Source of the DNA: Tagaea sp.
GTDB lineage: Bacteria > Pseudomonadota > Alphaproteobacteria > CACIAM-22H2
Assembly: GCA_965279525.1 (NCBI GenBank)
Contig: CBDIIB010000003.1
Span: 64,001-128,000 of the forward strand
DNA: 64,000 nucleotides
Direction: 5' to 3'
Made by a program: the position numbers and the translations under genes. Below the pieces are notes generated by a model that was given only the letters and a program-made list of their open reading frames with translations, had not been told where the DNA came from and did not search any database. Positions 20,921-28,642 of the stretch are shown one piece after another (within the stretch, counting starts at the first letter, position 1; each line of letters opens with the position of its first letter).

Positions 20921-22222
20921 TTGTCGCAAGTCAAATTCCTAACCCGCCAGGGACTCTTCCTGCGTCCGGATCCCGGGCGCGTGGTCGTGCGCCGGTTCCG
21001 GCCCGCGATCGAGCCGCGCGACCTCAACCCCACCGACAAGACGCGCGCCAACCACATCGTCGACCGCGTGCTCGCCCTCGATCCCGAGACGACGGCCCGC
21101 CAGCTGCGCGACGTGCTCGAGAATTTCGAGGGCCGCCACCGCAACCTGCCGGCCATCTTCGAGACGCGCGCCGACGAGATGGAAGTGGCCTTGCGCGACC
21201 ACGCGGCGTTCTCGATCGAGCAGCGCCAGCTCGTCGGCGCCTATTTCATGCACGAATACTCGTTCGAGGCCTCGGCCCTGTTCAACCCGAGCATCGTGCC
21301 CCATCCTGACCAGACGGGGGCACCCGCCGGCGGATGCCGCTTCATCCTCAGCCTGCGCGCGGTGGGCGAGGGGCATATCTCGTCGCTGACGTTCCGCGCG
21401 GGCTCGATCGACGCCGACGGCCGCGTGACGCTGGAGCCGACGGCACGCCTCGCCTCGATCCCCGAGGTCGTACGCCGCGTGGCGTGCGCGCAGGGCGAGA
21501 TCGTCGACGTGGCGTTCCGCACGGAAGAGGACATCAGCGAGCGCGTGATCTTCCCGCTGACCGAGGCGCAGTCCAACGGCATCGAGGACGCGCGCTTCGT
21601 GCGCTGCGAGGAAGACGGCAAGGCGACCTACCGCGCCACCTACACGGCGTATAACGGCCGTGCCATCCGTTCGGAAATGATCGAGACCGACGATTTCGTC
21701 TCGTTCCGGCTGACGCCGCTCAGCGGTACGGCCGCGCGCAACAAGGGCATGGCGCTGTTTCCGCGCCGGATCGACGGCAAGTACGCGATGATCGCGCGCC
21801 AGGACAACGAGAACCTCCATCTCGTCCTGTCGGACGACCTGCTCGTGTGGAATGGCGGCGTGGCGATCCTGCAGCCGAAATATCCGTGGGAGTTCGTGCA
21901 GATCGGCAACTGCGGCTCGCCGGTCGAACTCGACGAAGGCTGGCTCTTGTTCACGCATGGCGTGGGGCCGGTGCGCAAATACGCGATCGGCGCGGTGCTG
22001 CTCGACCGGACGGACCCGGCCAAGGTGCTGGCCCGCTCGCGCGAACCGTTGATCCGCCCCGAGCCGTTCGAGCGCGAAGGCTACGTGCCCAACGTCGTCT
22101 ATACGTGTGGCGCCATGCGCCACGGCGACCAGATCGTGCTGCCCTACGCGGTGTCCGACACGTTCTCGAACTTCGCCACGGTCAAGATCGCGGACCTGCT
22201 GGGGTCGATGGAGAAGGTGTAG
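20921..22222 (+). CDS. GH130-family mannoside phosphorylase/hydrolase with N-terminal extension
   Basis: EYSFEASALFNPS, NGIEDARF, RNKGMALFP, QIGNCGSP, REGYVPNVVY; TTG start after GGAG. Confidence 0.88.
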   Translation: MSQVKFLTRQGLFLRPDPGRVVVRRFRPAIEPRDLNPTDKTRANHIVDRVLALDPETTARQLRDVLENFEGRHRNLPAIFETRADEMEVALRDHAAFSIEQRQLVGAYFMHEYSFEASALFNPSIVPHPDQTGAPAGGCRFILSLRAVGEGHISSLTFRAGSIDADGRVTLEPTARLASIPEVVRRVACAQGEIVDVAFRTEEDISERVIFPLTEAQSNGIEDARFVRCEEDGKATYRATYTAYNGRAIRSEMIETDDFVSFRLTPLSGTAARNKGMALFPRRIDGKYAMIARQDNENLHLVLSDDLLVWNGGVAILQPKYPWEFVQIGNCGSPVELDEGWLLFTHGVGPVRKYAIGAVLLDRTDPAKVLARSREPLIRPEPFEREGYVPNVVYTCGAMRHGDQIVLPYAVSDTFSNFATVKIADLLGSMEKV

Positions 22223-22228
22223 GGGCCA

Positions 22229-22319
22229 CCCCTCACCCTAGCCCTCTCCCCGGAGGGGAGAGGGGACAGCGCCGGTCGAGTCCCCTCTCCCGCGCGCGGG
22301 AGAGGGCTAGGGTGAGGGG
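22229..22319. repeat. Nested palindromic intergenic element (REP/REPIN-like)
   Basis: Perfect 22-bp terminal IR CCCCTCACCCTAGCCCTCTCCC / GGGAGAGGGCTAGGGTGAGGGG plus inner IR GGGAGAGGGGA / TCCCCTCTCCC. Confidence 0.85.
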
Positions 22320-22328
22320 ATGCGAAGG

Positions 22329-22357
22329 TTGCAATTCTTCGCGAACTGCTATAGGAT
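22329..22357 (+). promoter_or_regulatory. Sigma70-like promoter
   Basis: TTGCAA-N17-TAGGAT in an AT-rich patch. Confidence 0.5.
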
Positions 22358-22392
22358 ATAAAGACTAGTAAAAAGGAAACTTTACAGCATAC

Positions 22393-22515
22393 ATGAGACG
22401 CGAAAATGAAACCGTCACCTGTCAACTTACCAGCGAAAAGCCGAAGACCATCAAAGACATGGTCGAGGAGACGGTCCAAGCGACGGTCAAGCGACCGTCA
22501 ACTGCCGTCAGCTAA
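22393..22515 (+). CDS. Possible 40-aa small protein
   Basis: MRRENETVTCQLTSEKPKTIKDMVEETVQATVKRPSTAVS downstream of the promoter-like site; AAGGA is rather distant. Confidence 0.3.
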   Translation: MRRENETVTCQLTSEKPKTIKDMVEETVQATVKRPSTAVS

Positions 22516-22525
22516 CTTTTGCGGT

Positions 22526-22771
22526 TCAGCGCTGCGGGCAGTCGGCGCGTTCGCACGGTGCGCTGCGGGCGGCCACGTAGGCGCGGCACACGCGGCACGG
22601 CGCCATCGTCTCGGCTTCTTCCTTCAGCGCCGCCTTGACCACGCCGCCCTGGCGCATGCGCTCGGCGGCGATTTCCTGTTCCTTCTCGCGGATGCGGAAA
22701 TAGCGCCAGCCGAACCACACGACGGCAAGCACGAGAACCAGCAGGAACAGTTTTCCGAACGAAAGGCCCAT
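22526..22771 (-). CDS. Small membrane-anchored protein with C-terminal Cys cluster
   Basis: N-terminal TM, CRVC...C....C; follows the S49 gene. Confidence 0.75.
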   Translation of the reverse strand: MGLSFGKLFLLVLVLAVVWFGWRYFRIREKEQEIAAERMRQGGVVKAALKEEAETMAPCRVCRAYVAARSAPCERADCPQR

Positions 22772-22774
22772 GGC

Positions 22775-23608
22775 TCAGAGACCGTAGCGCGCCCAGAGGG
22801 CCCGCGTCTCGAGCGAGTCCACCATCTCTTCAGGCCAGCCCGCGTCGGCGGCCGAGAGCCCGAGCAGGCTGCGCAGCGAGCGGCCCTGCACGGGCACGCC
22901 GCGAAAGCGCACCTTCTCGCCGAAGCGCCGGCGCAGGTCGCTGCGTGCGTCGCCAAGCGCGTCGACCAGGCCCAAGGCTTTCGCCTTCGTGCCGGTCCAG
23001 AACTCGCCGGTAAACAGCATTTCCCGATCGGCGGCGAGGCGCGCGCCACGCCGGGCGCTGACCCAGTCGCGGAAATTGGCGTGGATCTCGTCCTGCAATG
23101 CGCGCAGGCGGGCCACGTCCTCTTCCTTTTCGGGGCCGAACGGGTCGAGCATCGACTTGCGCGATCCGGCCGTGTAGAGGCGCCGCTGCACGCCCAGCCG
23201 GCGCATCAGGTCCTCGAAGCCGAAGCTTGCCGCGATCACGCCGATCGAGCCGACGATGGAGTTGGCGTCCGCCACGATCTCGTCGGCGGCACAGGCCAGC
23301 CAGTAGCCGCCCGACGCCGCGACGTCCTCGACATAGGCGTAGACCGGCAGCTTCTTTTCTTCGGCCAACGCGCGGATGCGCGCCCCGATCAGCGCCGACT
23401 GTGCGGGCGAGCCGCCGGGCGAATTGATGACGAGGGCCACGGCCGAAATGCCGGTCATCGAGAAGGCGCGCTCGAGCGGAAGGGCGAGGCGTTCGATCGA
23501 CAGGCCACGCCTTCCGCCGGTGCCGATGGGCCCTTGCAGGCGCAGGACGGCCACGCTCGGCGTGGGCGTGCGGCCGACCAGTTTTTCGAGGGAAGCGCGA
23601 AGATCCAT
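22775..23608 (-). CDS. S49-family peptidase (SppA/SohB-like)
   Basis: INSPGGSPAQS, DVAASGGYWLA, VGSIGV, FTGEFWTG. Confidence 0.92.
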   Translation of the reverse strand: MDLRASLEKLVGRTPTPSVAVLRLQGPIGTGGRRGLSIERLALPLERAFSMTGISAVALVINSPGGSPAQSALIGARIRALAEEKKLPVYAYVEDVAASGGYWLACAADEIVADANSIVGSIGVIAASFGFEDLMRRLGVQRRLYTAGSRKSMLDPFGPEKEEDVARLRALQDEIHANFRDWVSARRGARLAADREMLFTGEFWTGTKAKALGLVDALGDARSDLRRRFGEKVRFRGVPVQGRSLRSLLGLSAADAGWPEEMVDSLETRALWARYGL

Positions 23609-23617
23609 CAGCGCGGT

Positions 23618-24346
23618 CTATACCAGTGCGAGCGCCCGGCCGTCGCGCAAAATCGCGTCGGCGGCTTGCGTATAACTACGCTCGCCTTCGTGCAGTACGA
23701 GACCGGCGGCAAGCGTCATCGGCGTGCGCACGCCCTTGCGCGCGCGCACGATCACGCGCTTGGCGGCCACGCCGGCGCGCGGCCACAGCGGGAAGACCAC
23801 GATGTCGCCGGCCTCGCTGCCGAATGCCGCGAGCAGGTCGGCCAGCCGGTCGGCGCGCTGGACGAACACGCATGTGCCGCGCGGCTTCAGCGCCTTCAAT
23901 GCCGCCGCGACCCAGCCCGCCAGCGGCAACGTGCCCTCGACGTCGGCACGCCGCTTGGTCGCATCGGGCGAGGGATCGGCGCGCGCGGCCTCCAGATAGG
24001 GCGGGTTGGCGAGGACGAGATCGAAGCCGGATTGCCCGAACGTCGCCACGTCGCCGGTCCAGGCCGCGAAGCGGCCGGCCCAGCCGTTGGCGGCGGCGTT
24101 GGCGGACGCGAGCGCGGCAAGTTCCGCGTCGATCTCGATGCCGGTCACGTGCACGGCGGGGACGCGCGCCATCAACGCAAGGCTCGCGGCACCGGCACCG
24201 CAGCCGAGGTCGAGTGCCGTGCGCGCATCGTCGCCGCACGCGGCCGCGAGCAGGACGGGATCGATCGCCGCGCGGTAGCCGGTCGCGGGCTGGCGCAGGG
24301 TCACGCGCCCGCCCAGCAGCGTGTCGTCGGTCGTGGCGAGGCTCAT
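23618..24346 (-). CDS. tRNA1(Val) A37 N6-methyltransferase-like
   Basis: GYRAAIDPVLLAA, LDLGCGAG, ANPPY; usual neighbour of DUF2007/ispB. Confidence 0.85.
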   Translation of the reverse strand: MSLATTDDTLLGGRVTLRQPATGYRAAIDPVLLAAACGDDARTALDLGCGAGAASLALMARVPAVHVTGIEIDAELAALASANAAANGWAGRFAAWTGDVATFGQSGFDLVLANPPYLEAARADPSPDATKRRADVEGTLPLAGWVAAALKALKPRGTCVFVQRADRLADLLAAFGSEAGDIVVFPLWPRAGVAAKRVIVRARKGVRTPMTLAAGLVLHEGERSYTQAADAILRDGRALALV

Positions 24347-24558
24347 TCCGGCACGCCGTCGCGTGCTCCGTCCACGAGGGCCTTGGCCGCGGCCTCGTCC
24401 GCGTCGTCGACCACGACCCGGCGCGGGATCGCCAGGATCGAGCCTTCGACCGATGCGGTGTGCGCGTCGAGCACGCCAAAGCCGATGCCCGCGTCGGTCA
24501 GCAGCGCTTCGACGAACGAGAGCAGCACGGCATCGTTGGTGCGCAGGATTTCCCGCAT
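24343..24558 (-). CDS. DUF2007-like protein
   Basis: MREILRTNDAVLLSFVEALL...D.H.ASVEGSI.AIPRRV. Confidence 0.85.
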   Translation of the reverse strand: MREILRTNDAVLLSFVEALLTDAGIGFGVLDAHTASVEGSILAIPRRVVVDDADEAAAKALVDGARDGVPE

Positions 24559-24693
24559 CGCTTCTGGCGTCTCCGGACCCGTTGCGGCGCTTGATTCCTG
24601 CCGCTCGCGGACTATGCTCCGTCGGGCGCCCGTGCCGGTCAAGCCGGAGATCGGCGGGCAATCGGAAATCGCGTGCGCGAAAGGGGGCGGGCC

Positions 24694-25725
24694 GTGGCAG
24701 TCGTCGTGAATCTCGAAGGCGAACGCGGGCGCAGCCGGCAACCGGCCAAGAACGCGCTGCAGGCCCTCGTCGCCCTCGTTGGCGACGACGTGAAGGCGGT
24801 CAACGACACGATCGTCCAGCGCATGCATTCGTCGGTCGACCTCATCCCGCAGCTCGCCAGCCACATCGTGGCGGCCGGCGGCAAGCGCATGCGCCCGATG
24901 CTCACGCTCGCCGCCGCGCGCATGTGCGGCTATCGCGGGGCGCGCCACATCAAGCTCGCCGCGTGCGTCGAGTTCATCCACACGGCCACGCTCCTGCACG
25001 ACGACGTCGTCGACGAGAGCGACCTGCGCCGCGGGCGTGCCACCGCCAACGCCGTGTGGGGCAACAAGGCGAGCGTGCTGGTCGGCGACTTCCTGTTCAG
25101 CCGCGCCTTCCAGGTGATGGTCGAGGACGGCTCGCTTGCCGTGCTCGCGATCCTGTCGGGCGCTTCGGCCGTGATCGCGGAAGGCGAGGTGCTGCAGCTC
25201 ACCACCGCCAACGACACCGAAACTTCCGAGCAGGCCTATCTCGAGGTGATCCGCGCCAAGACCGCCGCCCTGTTCGCCGCCGCCTGCCGCGTCGGCGCCG
25301 CCGTCGCCGAACGGCCCAAGGCCGAGGAGGACGCGCTCGAGACCTACGGCCTCAATCTGGGCATCGCGTTCCAGCTCGTCGACGACGTGCTCGACTATGC
25401 CGCCACGGCCGCCGAGATGGGCAAGAACGTCGGCGACGATTTCCGCGACGGCAAGATCACGCTGCCCATCGTGCTGTCGTTCCTGCGCGGCGACGAGACC
25501 GAGCGGACCTTCTGGCGGCGCACGCTCGAGGAGCTCGACCAGAAGGACGAGGACCTGCCGCACGCCATCGAGCTGATGCGAAAGCACAAGGCGCTCGACG
25601 ACACGATCGAGCGCGCCCGCCACTATGGGCGCATCGCGCGCGACGCGCTGGGCATCTTCCCCGACGGGCCGGAAAAGCGGGCCCTGGTCGATCTCGTCGA
25701 TTTCGCGATCGAACGCGCCTACTAG
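24694..25725 (+). CDS. ispB: Polyprenyl diphosphate synthase
   Basis: GGKRMRP, LLHDDVVD (FARM), FQLVDDVLD (SARM), GKNVGDD. Confidence 0.92.
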   Translation: MAVVVNLEGERGRSRQPAKNALQALVALVGDDVKAVNDTIVQRMHSSVDLIPQLASHIVAAGGKRMRPMLTLAAARMCGYRGARHIKLAACVEFIHTATLLHDDVVDESDLRRGRATANAVWGNKASVLVGDFLFSRAFQVMVEDGSLAVLAILSGASAVIAEGEVLQLTTANDTETSEQAYLEVIRAKTAALFAAACRVGAAVAERPKAEEDALETYGLNLGIAFQLVDDVLDYAATAAEMGKNVGDDFRDGKITLPIVLSFLRGDETERTFWRRTLEELDQKDEDLPHAIELMRKHKALDDTIERARHYGRIARDALGIFPDGPEKRALVDLVDFAIERAY

Positions 25726-25755
25726 GCCCCTCCCGGGACCCGCCCGGCAGCCCCC

Positions 25756-25784
25756 TTGCGGTCCCCGGAAAGGAAGGCTATACC
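25756..25784 (+). promoter_or_regulatory. Sigma70-like promoter of tRNA-Pro
   Basis: TTGCGG-N17-TATACC ending 16 nt before the tRNA. Confidence 0.55.
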
Positions 25785-25800
25785 GACGGCCCCGATCGGT

Positions 25801-25877
25801 CGGAGCGTAGCTCAGCCTGGTAGAGCACTAGCTTCGGGAGCTAGGGGCCGGAGGTTCGAATCCTCTCGCTCCGACCA
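25801..25877 (+). tRNA. tRNA-Pro(CGG)
   Basis: Acceptor CGGAGCG/CGCTCCG, anticodon arm CTAGC-TTCGGGA-GCTAG, GGTTCGAATCC T-arm, encoded CCA. Confidence 0.97.
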
Positions 25878-25890
25878 TCCTATCAGCATC

Positions 25891-27186
25891 TTAGACACCC
25901 TTTGGCAGTGGCGTTTCGGCCTCACTGCCATCCACTGCCACGGTTTTGGCAGTAACTGGCAGCGGCTCGACCGGCAGATTGATCGTCGTCCTGCGCAGCC
26001 GAGCCTCGTCAGGCCTTGAGTAGTGCTTCCGTGTCACCGTCGATCCCGGCGCATGCCCAAGCTTGGCCTGCGCGTCGATCTCCGACATCGTCGGGTCGCT
26101 CATCAGCCACGTCGCCACGGCCTTGCGGAAGCGCTGCGGCGAAACCCGCCGCTGGTTTCCTTCGGCGTCGACCAGCCCCGCCCTTTTCGCCGCACGGGCA
26201 AATAGACGCTGCGTGTTCGCCAGCGGCTTGTCCCCGCTGCGCCCGACGAAAACGAAGTCGTCGGGCTTCACCGTTCCCTGTGTCGTTCGGTAGGCCAGTT
26301 CCGCCGCAAACTGCTTTGCGAGCGGTTCAGGTATACCGACCGTACGAAGGGAATAGGCCGACTTCCCCTGGAACTTCGCCTTGCGGACCCGGCGCACCGT
26401 CACCGTGCCCTTCTGGAGATCGATCTGGCTCCAGGTGAGGGACAGGGCTTCGCTGCGACGAAGACCGGTCTCGCCCCACAGCCAGAAGAGGGGCCGATAT
26501 TTCGGCTCCGCAGCCTGGATGAGCTTGACCACTTCCGATTGCGTGAAACGCTCCTCGACGTCACCATCGACCGTGAGGCCGGTGAGTTTCGGCGCGTGGT
26601 ACCACGGCCGATGCTTTACAGTGGCGTAATAAAGGAGCTTACGCATGATCGAGGTTTCGCCTTGAGCCGTGGCTGGGGCCATACCGTCAGTCCCCAGACG
26701 TTTGACGAGGTACTTGCCCCAGAGGTCGTCGTCGACCGCGGTGATCAACGTGATCCCGAAGTACGTGCGAACGGGAGCCAGCCTATATAAGTCGGTACAG
26801 TGACTGGCCTGACGCTTCTGCCCAAGGGCTACCTTTTGCGAAGAGTGCGCGATCCAATCGCGCACCAACGTCTCGATCGTCGGGATCTGGACGTTGGGCA
26901 TGGCCGGGACGGGATACCCGGCCGAGAAGACCGGCAACAGTCCGGGAACCTGCGGCATGCCGTAGGGCTGCTGAAGGTACATGGGCTGCGGCGACCTTCC
27001 TGGATCACGTGTCCGTTGGGTGACGTGTTGTTCTGCCTGCGCGAGCGAAACGAAAAACAGGCGCTCGCGTTTCGTGCCGGCGATGTGTGCCGGTATGTCG
27101 GCAATCCATTTCCCGGTCTGAGATCCTTTGATGATCTCTGGCCGGATCCGGACGCCGTTTAGAGTTCGGGCTTTGAGTTGTTTCAT
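25891..27186 (-). CDS. Tyrosine recombinase/integrase
   Basis: ETGLRRSEALSLTW (R), QRFRK (HxxR position), LGH...RKHY (H, Y). Confidence 0.92.
   Translation of the reverse strand: MKQLKARTLNGVRIRPEIIKGSQTGKWIADIPAHIAGTKRERLFFVSLAQAEQHVTQRTRDPGRSPQPMYLQQPYGMPQVPGLLPVFSAGYPVPAMPNVQIPTIETLVRDWIAHSSQKVALGQKRQASHCTDLYRLAPVRTYFGITLITAVDDDLWGKYLVKRLGTDGMAPATAQGETSIMRKLLYYATVKHRPWYHAPKLTGLTVDGDVEERFTQSEVVKLIQAAEPKYRPLFWLWGETGLRRSEALSLTWSQIDLQKGTVTVRRVRKAKFQGKSAYSLRTVGIPEPLAKQFAAELAYRTTQGTVKPDDFVFVGRSGDKPLANTQRLFARAAKRAGLVDAEGNQRRVSPQRFRKAVATWLMSDPTMSEIDAQAKLGHAPGSTVTRKHYSRPDEARLRRTTINLPVEPLPVTAKTVAVDGSEAETPLPKGV
25901..25964. repeat. Clustered TGGCAG(T)/CACTGCCA repeats, candidate integrase arm sites
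   Basis: TGGCAGTG 25903, CACTGCCA 25923 and 25933, TGGCAGTA 25947, TGGCAGCG 25957. Confidence 0.6.
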
Positions 27187-27593
27187 GACGCTTTTCCTTT
27201 GTGGGAATCGCGCCCCCGACCTCCGTCCAGAACGGAGTCTGGACGACGGCGGCGGGGCGAGGCAAGCAGGTTTTCGGGGCGAGGTTGTACGCGGCAGTAG
27301 GTGACCATGTACTGAAGGATTTCGTGCGGGAGATACGTGACTTCCTTCCCGGTTTTGTAGCGGGGGAGTTGCTGGACGGGGATCCGACGAAGCGTGTCGA
27401 CTTTGCACTTCAGGCGGGATGCTGCTTCCGCGCTATCGATCGGCCATTCGCGACGCGCCAGTTCGAGATTCGCAGCCGCGAGTTCCGAGATCGCGACCGC
27501 GAGATGGCGCACCATATCCGCCATGCTCGCTTGCGCGACGCTTTCGGGGGCGTCAGTCGGCCGAATCGCGTGAAGTCGATGCTTTGGTTCCAT
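27183..27593 (-). CDS. Excisionase-like winged-HTH protein
   Basis: IDSAEAASRLKCKVDTL...LPRYKTGKEVTY; ATGA-coupled to integrase. Confidence 0.7.
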   Translation of the reverse strand: MEPKHRLHAIRPTDAPESVAQASMADMVRHLAVAISELAAANLELARREWPIDSAEAASRLKCKVDTLRRIPVQQLPRYKTGKEVTYLPHEILQYMVTYCRVQPRPENLLASPRRRRPDSVLDGGRGRDSHKGKAS

Positions 27594-27649
27594 GGCGGAA
27601 TCTGCCCTGTCTTTGTCTATTCCCGGTCCTTACTGAAGGCCGCCTCCAG

Positions 27650-28132
27650 TTACGAAGCAGTTCCGTCATCCTTGGGCTTCGTATCCCTCCGCTTCTTTGC
27701 GCCAGTCTGCGGGGAATCCACGGACGAATTTCCCTCGCCGCCAGTGGTCGCCTGGGGCGGGGTTTCTGCAATAATCCGATCGATGAGTTCCGGAAATCCG
27801 GCGAGCACCCGTTCGACCTGCTCTTTCGTCAGGTTCTTCGCGCGAAGCTTGTCGAAGTGATCCGTCGCCGCCTCAATTGTCACGCCAGCCTTGGTGACGG
27901 TGTTCAGCAACACGCCGGTCGGGAGGTTCGTCGAAAGTTTCGTGAGTGCGGTGGAAACCGCAGCGATGAGCTTTGGCTTTCGACTGCCGAGGTCATCGAT
28001 CACTTTCTTGGTCTGGCGACCGAGACGGTACACCCGGGCCAGGTCGGGATCCGTTGGCGCAGGCTTGTCGAGCGATAGTCCGCATTGGGCAAGCTGGTCG
28101 GCGAGGAACTTGAGATCGCGAGATACATCCAT
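27650..28132 (-). CDS. Hypothetical protein of island backbone
   Basis: RBS GGAGG before MDVSRDLKF; helical-looking, divergent from relaxase. Confidence 0.7.
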   Translation of the reverse strand: MDVSRDLKFLADQLAQCGLSLDKPAPTDPDLARVYRLGRQTKKVIDDLGSRKPKLIAAVSTALTKLSTNLPTGVLLNTVTKAGVTIEAATDHFDKLRAKNLTKEQVERVLAGFPELIDRIIAETPPQATTGGEGNSSVDSPQTGAKKRRDTKPKDDGTAS

Positions 28133-28570
28133 GTTGAGACCTCCGTCGGCGGCTCGGCAGGGCGGGATGCCCGGCCGGTGACGAAAAGCCTCCCCTGACC
28201 GTCTTAAGAACGCTGGACTCCACTTCAAAAAGGGGCCTCTGATTTCGGGGTTATTTCATTGATATGGATTAGAAATCGGGAAGCTACGGAATTCGAATTC
28301 CGCTCGCTTGACTCGCGAGGAATCGGATTGACGACTCGGAGATGGCGCGCCCGGCGGCGGCTGCCGGCATGTTGGCCGGCCGGGTGCGCGCGCTGTTTCT
28401 TAAGATGCCGGCGCTAGAATGCGGCGCGACTTCCAGACGCGATTCCGCCACTCGATGCTCGCTCGACGAGCTGCCCTCGCTGGTGGACGTCTTAGTGTCG
28501 CGGCGTTTCTTAAAACCGCGGGGGTAACCTGCGCGATCAGGTCCTGGTGGCGCATCCGCAAGTCGGCGCC

Positions 28571-28617
28571 GCAAGCGTCCTGTCGCTTGCCGGTAGATAG
28601 GTCGAGCGCAATACCAC
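28571..28617 (+). other. Candidate oriT
   Basis: Hairpin GCAAGCG-N6-CGCTTGC, then GAGCGCAATA resembling the GGGCGCAATTA nic region of Ti-type MOBQ oriTs, just upstream of the relaxase. Confidence 0.3.
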
Positions 28618-28642
28618 TTTTCGCATCGACGAGGTCAGAAGC

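Noticed and set aside
182-25623. Many long alternative-frame and antisense ORFs (e.g. 1223-3124, 3698-6436, 11353-13782, 18288-20747, 22406-24709)
   Set aside because: Arg/Ala/Gly-rich shadows of real genes, expected in high-GC DNA; no motifs
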